From an uncultured virus (IMG/VR IMGVR_UViG_3300009187_000024) (Duplodnaviria; Heunggongvirae; Uroviricota; Caudoviricetes): a stretch of 64,000 nucleotides of DNA. The stretch lies in IMG/VR virus record IMGVR_UViG_3300009187_000024; one strand, 5' to 3'. Made by a program: the position numbers and the translations under genes. Positions 21,185 to 31,543 of the stretch are shown piece after piece. The notes below the pieces were generated by a model. It worked only from the letters and a program-made list of their open reading frames with translations. It searched no databases and was not told the origin of the DNA. The stretch's first letter is position 1; each line of letters begins with the position of its first letter.

Positions 21185-23416
21185 TTAAGAATAAGCGCGA
21201 ATTTCGATAATGTCACCAAGAGCAGCTGCCGAATTCAACGCTACTGAAACCCCATTTGTTGCAGTAAATTCAGAATTTGATAATTTGATACCCTTGAACT
21301 CATGAATTTCTCCAGCTCCAGTTCTTGTTTCCAAAATATTTGCATTGGTTCCTCCTATAGTGGTTGACAGCGCAATCGAGCTCGAATTTGCAAATGTAAC
21401 GTAGTAGTATGTATTGCCTGTTAAATTAGAAATTGCCGTATTACCGACAGGAACGCTATAGTAAATCGGATCATTCACATCGATGTAAGTGTTTGCATTC
21501 GTAACTGATAATACATCTGCGGTATTATTTGCATATGATGTGTTCGCTATAATTTTATAATTTCGGTAGACATCTAAATTACCAGCTGTATAACCAGTTT
21601 GTGGAGTAAACAAAGTCTGATTGGCTGAAGCGACGAATATATCGTATTTTGTTTTTATAAAAGCTTCTGCTTCAGATTGCTCGGACGTAAATTCATTTTT
21701 TAATCTGAAACTTCCAAACAAAGCAATACCGGATGGGTGTATCAAATCCTCGACGATGGTTTTGTATACGTTCAACATTCTGTTAACTAAAATATCGTAC
21801 GAGAAATCTTGATAGTAATAGCTATCTTGTATTTTCATAATATCGCTTACGAATCCTTTATTGCTTCTCCAGTAACCAGTTCCTTTTCCTTCCGTGTCGA
21901 TAACAGCTGCACCCGTCACAACAACTCCTTGATTTACAGGCGTCGAAAGGAAAACCGTGTCTCCGGGAGAGAAACCGAAACCAGAATCAACAACTTCTAC
22001 AGCCGTAGCCACACCTTGAGAATTAGCAACAGTTGAAGTGATTAAAGCATCTCGACCTTTGATTCCGCCGAATCCATCCGGATATCTTTGACTGGCGACT
22101 TTAGGTTCCAGTACATTGATATACGGATTTGAAGAATAACCAACTCCGGGATTAATCTGAGATAGGAATGCAATGGTGCCGGCTTCAATAGTCTCGAACG
22201 ATAACGTATCGTTAATTACAGAGTTTAAATTAGCCACAGGATTTTTTGGAGCAAAAGACCAATTGGCATTCAAATTTGCGTTAAGATAATTGTTTATGTA
22301 ATCCGTATTAACATATAAAATTTCTTTGTTAACGAGACCGCCAACTTTAAATGTCGCTCCTGTTCCACCACCACCAATGACGCTCAAGACAGTTCCTGAA
22401 GCGCCATTCGAGTTGGTTACTGTATCACCAACGTAAAAATTTAGATTAGAACTAAAATTGATCATCTGAACGAACGTTGTGTTAGAAAACGTGATAGTGC
22501 CATTCGCTGCAGTGTTCGAACTAACTAGCTTATCTCCAATCGCAAAAGACCCAATCGTATTTGAAACATTTAAATATAGAGACGTCGCGACTGTCACTAC
22601 TGCATTAACACTGTAACCGCTACCGCCGTCAATCAGGTTGAACTGAACCTTACCATTCTCGTCTCTTATACCTGCGATTCTAGCCTTACCATTAACGCCT
22701 GTTCCGGATATATCTACCAAATCGCCTTTTTTGAACCCCAAACCGCCATTTTCAATAGCAACTGCAGTAAGCGAACCAAGAATTACAGGAGCATTATTTA
22801 AATTTATTTCAGGAACTGATTCAGAAAGAATTCTCTCTCCGTATTTGAATCTACCGTCAATCGTTGAAAGATAAAGCACATGCATAAAACGATTGTTAAC
22901 GATTTTTTGATTAACTGATTCAACAACAGCAGTCGCGTTTCGGCTACTATTGTAAATTTGTTTACCAATCAATTTTTCCAAGTATTTACTGTCAGACACT
23001 TCAATGTATCTTGGAATGACCCATTCGCCATCTGATGGTTTAAAAAGAAAATCACCGGGAATGTATATTTCAATTGATTCATTATAAAGAATTCTGAACA
23101 GCAACTCGTACGCGCGCGGAGTTCCTTTTGATCTGTAAAGATCAAGAATATGCTTGACGAGTAGTCGTTTGTCCGCTATAATAGACTCTGGAAGTGATTG
23201 AAGATAAGTATTCTTAAAGTACTTAACGAAGTTTGCTTCCGTTGAATCAACGTCGACATAGTCAAGTAGAGACCTAGAGTGATACAGAGCATTACCGGGT
23301 GATTCGAGCCACTCATAATACGCTTTCACGAACGCAATGAAGTTCGGACCTTCTTCTTTATAAAAAGCAGGAAACTGCTGGGGAATGAAAGGGGATACAA
23401 GCTTCTCAATAGACAT
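21185..23416 (-). CDS. gp7: Baseplate wedge initiator, gp7-like
   Basis: FVKAYYEWLE, LYRSKGT...LLFRILY, IQDSYYYQDFSY, LIHPSG; position between gp6 and gp8. Confidence 0.75.
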   Translation of the reverse strand: MSIEKLVSPFIPQQFPAFYKEEGPNFIAFVKAYYEWLESPGNALYHSRSLLDYVDVDSTEANFVKYFKNTYLQSLPESIIADKRLLVKHILDLYRSKGTPRAYELLFRILYNESIEIYIPGDFLFKPSDGEWVIPRYIEVSDSKYLEKLIGKQIYNSSRNATAVVESVNQKIVNNRFMHVLYLSTIDGRFKYGERILSESVPEINLNNAPVILGSLTAVAIENGGLGFKKGDLVDISGTGVNGKARIAGIRDENGKVQFNLIDGGSGYSVNAVVTVATSLYLNVSNTIGSFAIGDKLVSSNTAANGTITFSNTTFVQMINFSSNLNFYVGDTVTNSNGASGTVLSVIGGGGTGATFKVGGLVNKEILYVNTDYINNYLNANLNANWSFAPKNPVANLNSVINDTLSFETIEAGTIAFLSQINPGVGYSSNPYINVLEPKVASQRYPDGFGGIKGRDALITSTVANSQGVATAVEVVDSGFGFSPGDTVFLSTPVNQGVVVTGAAVIDTEGKGTGYWRSNKGFVSDIMKIQDSYYYQDFSYDILVNRMLNVYKTIVEDLIHPSGIALFGSFRLKNEFTSEQSEAEAFIKTKYDIFVASANQTLFTPQTGYTAGNLDVYRNYKIIANTSYANNTADVLSVTNANTYIDVNDPIYYSVPVGNTAISNLTGNTYYYVTFANSSSIALSTTIGGTNANILETRTGAGEIHEFKGIKLSNSEFTATNGVSVALNSAAALGDIIEIRAYS

Positions 23417-25239
23417 TAAATTGGCACTACCGTAATGTTTAGATTAGCATGATCAATCTGAATCAAATCGTTTCCGCTTGCCATAATATCTTGATTCGCA
23501 GGCGAAGCGAAGAACTGTATTGACGACGAATCAACAAATCCGTTAATCGTTATCTGATTTAGAGATATTGCACCGTTTACGTAATTGATTGACCCTGCGG
23601 TTGAATAAGACTCGTATCCGGGAAGAGTAACGTCTCTCAGATAAACGTTCTTCGAAGAGTTCGTTACTACGATTTTACCTCCTGGTAATTGATTGATTAA
23701 GAAGGTATTATTGATTGGATTATAATCCGTATACTGGTAACTTCTACCGCCACTTATAAACGTAGTCGAAGAAAACGAACCTGGAACGATTGCATTTCGA
23801 TAATTGATATCGATGTAAGTGTCAGTGTTCAAATCTGGATTTACATCTTTTCTCATAACGATAGTTGTTTCGTTACTACTGATGCTCTGATCTGAATCGT
23901 TGATTGCGGCTTCCAGTCTTGAGAGTTTGAATTCGATATCAAAGTCAGTCAAGTATTCGGTGTCGTATATTCCTATCGCCTGGTTTACGATTGATTGCAC
24001 GTCGGCTAATGTTTTGATCGTCGCGGCACTGTCGAATTTGACTTTAGAAGTGACTAAGAGATATAGATAATTTGGATCAATGACTTTAGGTTTGATACCT
24101 AATGTGCATTTGTTTTGAAGATATGTTTCGATGTTTTGTTTCTCTAGATCTGAGAGAGGAGCTCCGGAATAGGTCACCGGAGTGATGAACACTTTACCGA
24201 ATTGAACCGAACCAACAACCGATTCGCCTCCGAACACATTCACTGTTTTGACTTCGGTAAAGTTACCAAGAACCATATTCTTGAAATCAGACATCGTAAC
24301 AGCTCTGTCCTGAGTCTGATAATGTCTTGGCGCGTTGTACCTAATAGAGTCGATTGTTTCCGCCGAAGCGCCGCCAGAGCTTCCCTTGCCGAATACAGTG
24401 ATGGTCGGACTCAAGAAACTTCCTAGACCGTTTATCACCCCGATGTTATCGTCAAGTGTGAAGTTCGTAGAGCCGTCTGCAAAGGAACCTGAGCATGTTC
24501 TATACGTCGTGTAAACCAGAGCATTATTCAGAGGCTTACGACCAAACACTCCATCTCCGAAAACAATTTCATAACGAGTGTCTTCCGTAGCCTGAAGAAA
24601 GTAAATCGTAGAGTTCGAAGTAAGACCGTAAAGGTTTGGAGCCAAATTAAAATAAGTGTTCGCCTGACTGTTATTTTCTGAGACGAGAACAACCATAGAA
24701 TCTGTATCGATATTGTCGTTTGTCATAACGAAACGCTGAGCTTCAATTGAACTGTCTACAACGAATGCATCGCTGATATATATGCCTTCGTATATGTTTA
24801 GATTGGCAGTAAAGTAACCACCCGAAGGGTAGATCACATGCGACTGGTTTGTTGTATATGTAAACGTACCGTTGCCTGATTTACCGGTAAATTTAGTTCC
24901 CGAAGGAATCGAGAGCACCGAAAGACCAGTCTGAGGAAAACGCACGTTGATTTGCGCTTCAGATGACTTGGCTGATCTTGGTATGTAGTTTAGTTCTTTG
25001 GCTCTTGAGATAACGCTGTTACGCAGCTGCGCCGAGTCTAGGAACATCTCAGATACAGCCATGTTCATATAAAATGCATTCAGGTGTGTATTGTATGTTA
25101 GGATGTCAAGCAACACAGACATATTAGAACCATTGAAATCGTAGTCAGCGAATTGCTTCTGTGTTTTCAGATACGTTTTCAAACTTGCTTTTAGACTATC
25201 GAAGTCTAGATTTACCAGACTGATTGAGTTATTTGTCAT
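23416..25239 (-). CDS. gp6: Baseplate wedge subunit gp6
   Basis: LDFDSLK...DYDFNGS...EMFLDSAQLR, FGDGVFG, QDRAVT. Confidence 0.92.
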   Translation of the reverse strand: MTNNSISLVNLDFDSLKASLKTYLKTQKQFADYDFNGSNMSVLLDILTYNTHLNAFYMNMAVSEMFLDSAQLRNSVISRAKELNYIPRSAKSSEAQINVRFPQTGLSVLSIPSGTKFTGKSGNGTFTYTTNQSHVIYPSGGYFTANLNIYEGIYISDAFVVDSSIEAQRFVMTNDNIDTDSMVVLVSENNSQANTYFNLAPNLYGLTSNSTIYFLQATEDTRYEIVFGDGVFGRKPLNNALVYTTYRTCSGSFADGSTNFTLDDNIGVINGLGSFLSPTITVFGKGSSGGASAETIDSIRYNAPRHYQTQDRAVTMSDFKNMVLGNFTEVKTVNVFGGESVVGSVQFGKVFITPVTYSGAPLSDLEKQNIETYLQNKCTLGIKPKVIDPNYLYLLVTSKVKFDSAATIKTLADVQSIVNQAIGIYDTEYLTDFDIEFKLSRLEAAINDSDQSISSNETTIVMRKDVNPDLNTDTYIDINYRNAIVPGSFSSTTFISGGRSYQYTDYNPINNTFLINQLPGGKIVVTNSSKNVYLRDVTLPGYESYSTAGSINYVNGAISLNQITINGFVDSSSIQFFASPANQDIMASGNDLIQIDHANLNITVVPI

Positions 25240-25661
25240 TAACGTACTCTTCTTAGGAACAGGTTTACACTTTGCACTTGCATACTATTTATTATTGAAA
25301 AAATGATATTGATAGCGACACGGTCCTCTTCTGAGAAAGAAGTAACACGCACTTCAATCAGATTGACTCTTGGTTCATGAAAACGAATAGCGTTTCCTAT
25401 AGCGAATCTAAGATTTTCTTCCATAATGACATCGTTAGGCTCGAATAAAGAAGCATACACATCCGAACCAATATTAGGCTGGAATGGTCTTTCGCCTAGA
25501 TTGGTTAGAATGATGTTCTTTAGTGCCTGCTTGATTGATTGCTCGTTCTTTACACGACCAAGATCTTTGGTGATTGGATGTGGAGTTAGACCGTCAAGGA
25601 AGTCCGAGAACAGATCCGGAGTTACTTTTGTTTGGGTAAAATGATCTGATCTTGTTGACAT
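25239..25661 (-). CDS. gp25: Baseplate wedge subunit gp25
   Basis: IKQALKNIILTNLGERPFQPNIGS...HEPRV. Confidence 0.92.
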   Translation of the reverse strand: MSTRSDHFTQTKVTPDLFSDFLDGLTPHPITKDLGRVKNEQSIKQALKNIILTNLGERPFQPNIGSDVYASLFEPNDVIMEENLRFAIGNAIRFHEPRVNLIEVRVTSFSEEDRVAINIIFSIINSMQVQSVNLFLRRVR

Positions 25662-25665
25662 TTGA

Positions 25666-25926
25666 TTATCCTGCAGATATATCTGAAACTGAAGAAGATG
25701 CTGAGTGACCGCAAGATGCAGAGTCTCCAGATCTGACTACACCCTTTCCATTAACAAATACTTTGCTCGATCCACCAACCATTACAGCGCTGTTGTGTGG
25801 AGTTTTACCGTGGGGAGTTACTGAATCGCCAATCAGCGCTATTTTCTTGCCATGCGCAAAAACATTGGAAGAACTTGCTATAATAGAACCACCAGCATTA
25901 TCCCCATATACACATATACCAGCCAT
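25666..25926 (-). CDS. PAAR-domain spike tip (gp5.4-like)
   Basis: GSSKVFVNGKGVVRSGD..SCGH, with a PHGKTPH metal-binding-type segment. Confidence 0.85.
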   Translation of the reverse strand: MAGICVYGDNAGGSIIASSSNVFAHGKKIALIGDSVTPHGKTPHNSAVMVGGSSKVFVNGKGVVRSGDSASCGHSASSSVSDISAG

Positions 25927-25935
25927 GTATTATCC

Positions 25936-26724
25936 TTATGGGTTAAGATTGAGCGGATTACCGACGATCTTGGTTTGACCGAAAGATTCAATCACAGTCT
26001 GACCGGTAGATAGAATATCTATGTTAGATCCTTGAATCTCAGTCTTATCTTGAGATGTCGACAGAACTCTACCTTGAGAATCGATAGTCACATCGCCACT
26101 GATTGTCTTTAGTGTAATCGTCTCGGCTTCGACCTCAAAATTCTTACACTTGATTCGTATGTTACCACTACTAATGATTTCAATATTACCACTAGAAGTT
26201 ACAGACCAATCATCGTTTAGTATTTCGGTCTTTACGCCGTTGATATGCGTTACTGAATCTGTTCCAACACTTTTGTATTCTGCTCCAGCAATACCTACTG
26301 TTTCATCGCCACCGATTGATTCATATTTATCACCAACAATAGTCTGTGATAAAACACTACCAACGCCGACGACATACTCGCCACCCGCAGCCATGTATCG
26401 GTTACCAGCGGTCTCTTCTTTGACAGAACCATCAACATTGACATTCATTACGCCTTTTACTTTTACATCGTAATGACCATCAATAGTAGTGCTGAAACCA
26501 TCGCACATATAGTAATATGCTTTACCAACTGAATTGACCACGGTTCTTCCGTCTTTATCAATTTCGGCGTAGCTACCTTTAGTATGAGCGATTCGCAGAC
26601 TTTCTTTATCCGGAGTGTCATTGATATGAATCTCATGACCGCTGCGTGTAATCGTTGATTGATTATACGGGTATTCGGCTTCGAATGTAGATTCCGGATG
26701 GCGTCTGTTATTTGCGTCTGACAT
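25936..26724 (-). CDS. gp5: gp5 C-terminal beta-helix spike protein (separate gene)
   Basis: YPYNQSTITRSGHEIHINDTP..E.LRIAHTKGSY plus 8-residue VxG repeats. Confidence 0.8.
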   Translation of the reverse strand: MSDANNRRHPESTFEAEYPYNQSTITRSGHEIHINDTPDKESLRIAHTKGSYAEIDKDGRTVVNSVGKAYYYMCDGFSTTIDGHYDVKVKGVMNVNVDGSVKEETAGNRYMAAGGEYVVGVGSVLSQTIVGDKYESIGGDETVGIAGAEYKSVGTDSVTHINGVKTEILNDDWSVTSSGNIEIISSGNIRIKCKNFEVEAETITLKTISGDVTIDSQGRVLSTSQDKTEIQGSNIDILSTGQTVIESFGQTKIVGNPLNLNP

Positions 26725-26733
26725 AATATATCC

Positions 26734-28368
26734 TTATGTTACATTCAAACCGGTACGCATGTTTTGGCGTTGCCTTGCCAATACTCCTTGCGAACGCATG
26801 AAATTGTTTACTGGCTGTGTTGTGCTACTCGACGTATACGTAGCCTGACTTATGTTAGTTTGAAATACAGAGCGAATGCCTGAAACAACAGTTGGTATCA
26901 AAGCAGCTACAACTCCAGCCATTTGAGCTCCACCAGCACCAGCACCTAATACTTTAGACATACCAAATGCCTGCGTAAAGTTAAGGCTACCAGAGACTGC
27001 CTTCGATAATGTATCAAATGACAGAGGCTGCCCACTCAGTAATGTATTACCAATAGTAGATGTGAAATGATTCTGGGCTGCAAAGGTAGTATGTTCCTGC
27101 GCGCTCGCGTAGTTCGGCTCTCCATTTCTTGGAGTGTAAACAGAAGGATTAGTTCCGTTCGGATCTTTCCATTCAATGAATCCAGGATACGGATCATTGT
27201 CAACTGTATAATATTGCTGAATGTATCCGTCAGGTGGAGTAGATAATGTATAGGTCGCGCTTGGTTTTGCTGATGTTGCTGTAGCTACAGAGATTGCAGG
27301 AGGCGCAGGAACTGACGCAATCAATGAATTGAGCTGGGAATTTGTGGCGTTAGTTATAGCAGCACCAGCTGCAGTTACTGCTCCCGTGGCAGTGTTTATA
27401 ACTGTATTGATACCACCGGTTATTGCTCCAACAGCTGTATTCAATCCACCAATAACAGAAGCCATTGCGTAGTTAGCTGTATCAAATACTCCCTGATTGA
27501 TAAGATTTACACCACATACTCGAATATTCAATGCGTTTATAAGTTTCTGAACTTCCTGTACTTTAGAGACAGCAGCATTCAGCATACCGAGAAGCTTGAA
27601 CAAACCAATCTTTTGGGCAAGTTTCAGTAGAGCGTTTTTGATCGCCTGAATTGCTGTATTTACAATTCCCGAAACAATACCGGCGACCGTGCTTCCTAGG
27701 AAACTTATTATTGAACTGATCGAAATAAGGTTGTTGTTCAAACAAGGAAGCGAGGCGAGCGTACCAAGAGGATCAACAGCGTTTACAATATCAAGAACGT
27801 TCATACTGCTGTTTTTATTATACGAAGCAGTAGTCGGTAGAGTTGGATTAGCCATTTTTGACTCTACAAGGCTAGTCAAAACTCCGCCAGTTGTGTTACT
27901 GACTGCTATGATATCAGTCTGACCCGAATCGATATCCGAAATACTTACTCTGTTTTCATTCAGTGATGTGTACGGATTGTTTGGATTACCTTGGCTTCCA
28001 GGAGGTATACTTCCGGTCGCTGTATCGATCGTCGGAGCGCCACCAGTTGTCTGACCCTCTACCGGATCTCCTGCTCTCCCGACAGCACCAAGAATAATAG
28101 GAAGCTGATGATCGGCATCAGCCCATTGCCCAAATACTCTAGATCCAACCACAAGACCAACAGGAGCAGTTCCCATACGACCATTAGCGGCTGAGGTTAC
28201 AGGCTGAACAACCTGCGCCCAGGGTAAAGCATCATCAGGTATGTTCGTTTTATCGTCGTGTCTACCGTAGATTCTAACTTTGACTCTACCTGATTGATGC
28301 GGGTCGTGGACGCTAACTACTTCAGCAATGAAAATAGCCGATACCTGCCCAAAATTACGATCTGTCAT
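26734..28368 (-). CDS. gp5: gp5 N-terminal OB-fold protein with a long non-lysozyme extension
   Basis: VVSVHDPHQSGRVKVRIYGRH...LPWA...GSRVFG. Confidence 0.8.
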   Translation of the reverse strand: MTDRNFGQVSAIFIAEVVSVHDPHQSGRVKVRIYGRHDDKTNIPDDALPWAQVVQPVTSAANGRMGTAPVGLVVGSRVFGQWADADHQLPIILGAVGRAGDPVEGQTTGGAPTIDTATGSIPPGSQGNPNNPYTSLNENRVSISDIDSGQTDIIAVSNTTGGVLTSLVESKMANPTLPTTASYNKNSSMNVLDIVNAVDPLGTLASLPCLNNNLISISSIISFLGSTVAGIVSGIVNTAIQAIKNALLKLAQKIGLFKLLGMLNAAVSKVQEVQKLINALNIRVCGVNLINQGVFDTANYAMASVIGGLNTAVGAITGGINTVINTATGAVTAAGAAITNATNSQLNSLIASVPAPPAISVATATSAKPSATYTLSTPPDGYIQQYYTVDNDPYPGFIEWKDPNGTNPSVYTPRNGEPNYASAQEHTTFAAQNHFTSTIGNTLLSGQPLSFDTLSKAVSGSLNFTQAFGMSKVLGAGAGGAQMAGVVAALIPTVVSGIRSVFQTNISQATYTSSSTTQPVNNFMRSQGVLARQRQNMRTGLNVT

Positions 28369-29603
28369 GCGCCTTCCTCAAATCTACCCTTCAATGCTTC
28401 AATGATGCAAGTATATCTAGGTCTCTCCTGAACCAAACCAATCTTATGATGGATTCTAGAAATCAAAAACTTCCCAGACATCAGAGGATCTTCTTTCATA
28501 TTATTAGTCGTCGCTGATCTGTTTGGTAGCGCACAATTGATTGTCACTCCAGCAGTCAGCTGAGTGTCGCCAGGAACTCTTATCTTCAATGCATTTTGTA
28601 ATAATTGAGCTATGTATGCCTGGAAGTCAGCAGTTGATTCTGGGATGTGAGTAACCGCTCTTTGTGATATATCGATAGGAATCAGTGATTGCGGTGGGAT
28701 TCTAGCATTGAAATAACGATTTATGAATCCGGATGAAACATCAGTTCCTTTTCCGCCATCTTTGTAGCTAGTATCAGAAGTTTGAACATCCTTCGTTTCA
28801 AACTGCCAGGTAGTAAAGTTAAAAGACGTTACTCTTCTTGGTCCACCAAACGTGATACGATCAATAGAAGAAAGCTGTTGCGGAATAGAAAATGCCAGAA
28901 TGTTATTGTCTTGTTCGTTGCTCAGCGAGTTGATATTGATAGCGCCAGACTGCTTGAACTCTTTTACAGGCTCGGTCGCAAATCTAGACTCAATCGTGCA
29001 GAACCTCAGTAGCTGCTCTTCATTTTCTCTTGTTTCAAAAAATACATATGAAGAGGAACGATTCTCTTCTGTAGAAACCGATCTAGCTCTGATCATTTTG
29101 ATTGCTTCGAATGGACTCTTGTGAGGAACTAGAACGTTCTGATTACCTCTGGTCTCTTCGACCTCAATTCTTTTTTTAGTAAACAGATATCGATCACATA
29201 TGTCTTTGACCATATTCGAACAAAGATCATCATAGCTTTTTTGAACATAATTAGTCTTGGCGTACATTGCTTCTTCTGAAACACACTTCAAAACATATGT
29301 TTTCGCTCTCTGGCTATCCAGCTGTTGCTGGTCGCCGATCTCATATAGAGCAAACGTGTAGTTGGCTTCTTTGAGGTTTGGACTTTTGAATGTGAATGTG
29401 CAAGTCTCGTCGCCAAGCAATCTTAGATTACCAATAATGTCCTGCGTATCCAGAACCGTGATGTCACACACTACTCCAGGAGTAAAAATACTCTCGTAGA
29501 TAGATGCAGACACAAACGATCTGGTTAGATTGAGACTTCCGCGCTGAGAAGTTACAATCAAATTTGATACTAGGACATCGCCAATAGACAAACTATTTGA
29601 CAT
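28365..29603 (-). CDS. Baseplate hub / tail protein (gp27-like)
   Basis: IYESIF, YVFFET, IRVPGD...SGKFLISRIHH; position between gp53 and gp5. Confidence 0.65.
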   Translation of the reverse strand: MSNSLSIGDVLVSNLIVTSQRGSLNLTRSFVSASIYESIFTPGVVCDITVLDTQDIIGNLRLLGDETCTFTFKSPNLKEANYTFALYEIGDQQQLDSQRAKTYVLKCVSEEAMYAKTNYVQKSYDDLCSNMVKDICDRYLFTKKRIEVEETRGNQNVLVPHKSPFEAIKMIRARSVSTEENRSSSYVFFETRENEEQLLRFCTIESRFATEPVKEFKQSGAININSLSNEQDNNILAFSIPQQLSSIDRITFGGPRRVTSFNFTTWQFETKDVQTSDTSYKDGGKGTDVSSGFINRYFNARIPPQSLIPIDISQRAVTHIPESTADFQAYIAQLLQNALKIRVPGDTQLTAGVTINCALPNRSATTNNMKEDPLMSGKFLISRIHHKIGLVQERPRYTCIIEALKGRFEEGA

Positions 29604-29604
29604 A

Positions 29605-30480
29605 TTACCTCAATAGAGTTTTCAGTTCTTTGGCGAGCTTACCGGAATAATCGCTCTTCAGAACTTGAATGGTTTTGTTTCTCTCGTTGATCTCATTTTC
29701 GTAATCGTAGAGGTAAACGGGATCCCAGTAATTCAGTTCCTCTGCTGGTATATTGCTGACAAGAAGTGTAGCTGCTGTATAGTTTTTGCTCTCTGCGCTT
29801 TCTCTACCAACAACTGACATCGTATTGATACCAACGTCTTCGGTTACAATACCTGAAGTATGATGTATCGTGAGAGATGTTGTTGACTTGCCACAAACCT
29901 GACCACTACCGATTAAAGTTGAATTGCGGTACACGTTTACGATCTCATCAGTTATATAGTCTGAACCATCTACATTGTAACTAACAACATTATTGGTTGA
30001 TCTCTTCCAGTCAATTGGTTTTCTCTTATAACCAAGAGGAGTAGTCGACTGGTATACATCTCCATATATGGGCTCGTAGAACTTCTTCAACGTTTGAGTG
30101 ATCGTTTCGAACTGCGAAACGGAGATAGAATCCGGGTATGAATACCAGTTGTTCCTGTAGTATTTGATCTTGGTTACTGAATTAACGTATGAACCATATT
30201 TCTTTACTATGAAGTCTTGGAAAGTTGTCTGATCCATATACCAATCATAATAAGGATCGACGATCTTGTTCGTTAGATGTAGAATCCAGCCCATATACTC
30301 ATCGTTGTAATAACGATCAGCAATGTTGTCAGCTCTTTCGCCCTCTCCAATATCATATGCGTAGTATAGCACAGGACTGCTGTAAACAGCATTTAGAACA
30401 ACTGCACGCTCTGTGATGTTACGAACGTAGTTGTTCGCGTATTGGATTATTGGGAATTTTTCGAAGTACTTCTCAGCCAT
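29605..30480 (-). CDS. gp53: Baseplate wedge subunit gp53 (LysM-like)
   Basis: YFEKFP, GERADNIADRYY...WILHLTN...DPYYDW, YDYENEINE. Confidence 0.85.
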   Translation of the reverse strand: MAEKYFEKFPIIQYANNYVRNITERAVVLNAVYSSPVLYYAYDIGEGERADNIADRYYNDEYMGWILHLTNKIVDPYYDWYMDQTTFQDFIVKKYGSYVNSVTKIKYYRNNWYSYPDSISVSQFETITQTLKKFYEPIYGDVYQSTTPLGYKRKPIDWKRSTNNVVSYNVDGSDYITDEIVNVYRNSTLIGSGQVCGKSTTSLTIHHTSGIVTEDVGINTMSVVGRESAESKNYTAATLLVSNIPAEELNYWDPVYLYDYENEINERNKTIQVLKSDYSGKLAKELKTLLR

Positions 30481-30496
30481 TTACGGAATCCTTATC

Positions 30497-31528
30497 CTAA
30501 TTAGGATTTTCTCCGGGTGTAACCCCTGTTAACAATCTAGCATTACGAGCTATAGCAGCAATATCGTCGAAAGCATTACCTTCAAAATCATTATTAGTCC
30601 AATATTCGATTTCTTGCATCTGAATGCTAAACGTTACAGCAGTCGGAGCTTGAGAACGTTTGAAAAATGACGGACCGGATCCAGCAGCGTAATTAACATC
30701 TACACTTTCAACAATACAAGGTTTGAATCTGTAAAGGAATTCGCTAGAAGGAAACAAACTTATAATAACTCTACTTGGGAAAGAGAAAAACAACCCATTG
30801 CCTTCAGAGACACCTGGGGAAGCGTGAAATTGAAATGTTCTAACCAAATCTCTGATTATACCAGATTCTTGTTCATCTCTTGGCATAAGTTTCCAGGAAA
30901 AACTGTGTTTCTTGAAATTGGGATTTTTGAATAGAACTGTCTGATAAGGATTTACAGCTATTCCAGAATAAGCAGATGCTGCAGCTACAACTTGTGGTAC
31001 TTGTCTTTGAACAGCTTCGATTGTAGCACCCTGTGCGGCAGATAAACCAGTCTCAAGCGCTTTTCCTAATCCTTCTTCAAGTCTAGAACCACCTGTAGCA
31101 GATGAACTTGTTCCAACAGCCGATTCCAAAGCAGCGCCGACAGCAGGTCCAAGAGATTCTGTTGCGTAAGAAACGCTCAAATTGTCTTTCAAATTACTAG
31201 GTAAAGGTAAACGAACAGTTCCAGTAGACCTTAAAAACGGAGAATCATTGATTGATCTTTTTTTGTATTCTTGAAAACTGAAAGAAACATAAAAATCTCT
31301 ATTGTTCTGAACGAGATCTCTAGGGAAAATAAGACCTTGCTGAAATTGAGCAGCCATTCCAGCTCTTCTGTTATACAGTTTAACAGCATCCGCAGTTGTA
31401 TAAACTGCTATTGCAGCAGCTGCTAAACCCTGAGCAGCTGCTATTCTGTTTGCTGTTATTCCAACTCTTGCAGCTACATCCGCTAAATTCGTTGGTGTAT
31501 TTCTTGGTTGGTTTCCTGTTCCCGACAT
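30497..31528 (-). CDS. gp48: Baseplate tail tube cap gp48
   Basis: LPLPSNL, NPYQTVLFKNPNFKKHSFSWKLMP, C.VESVDVNY. Confidence 0.85.
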   Translation of the reverse strand: MSGTGNQPRNTPTNLADVAARVGITANRIAAAQGLAAAAIAVYTTADAVKLYNRRAGMAAQFQQGLIFPRDLVQNNRDFYVSFSFQEYKKRSINDSPFLRSTGTVRLPLPSNLKDNLSVSYATESLGPAVGAALESAVGTSSSATGGSRLEEGLGKALETGLSAAQGATIEAVQRQVPQVVAAASAYSGIAVNPYQTVLFKNPNFKKHSFSWKLMPRDEQESGIIRDLVRTFQFHASPGVSEGNGLFFSFPSRVIISLFPSSEFLYRFKPCIVESVDVNYAAGSGPSFFKRSQAPTAVTFSIQMQEIEYWTNNDFEGNAFDDIAAIARNARLLTGVTPGENPN

Positions 31529-31543
31529 TCCTAGTTTACCTTT

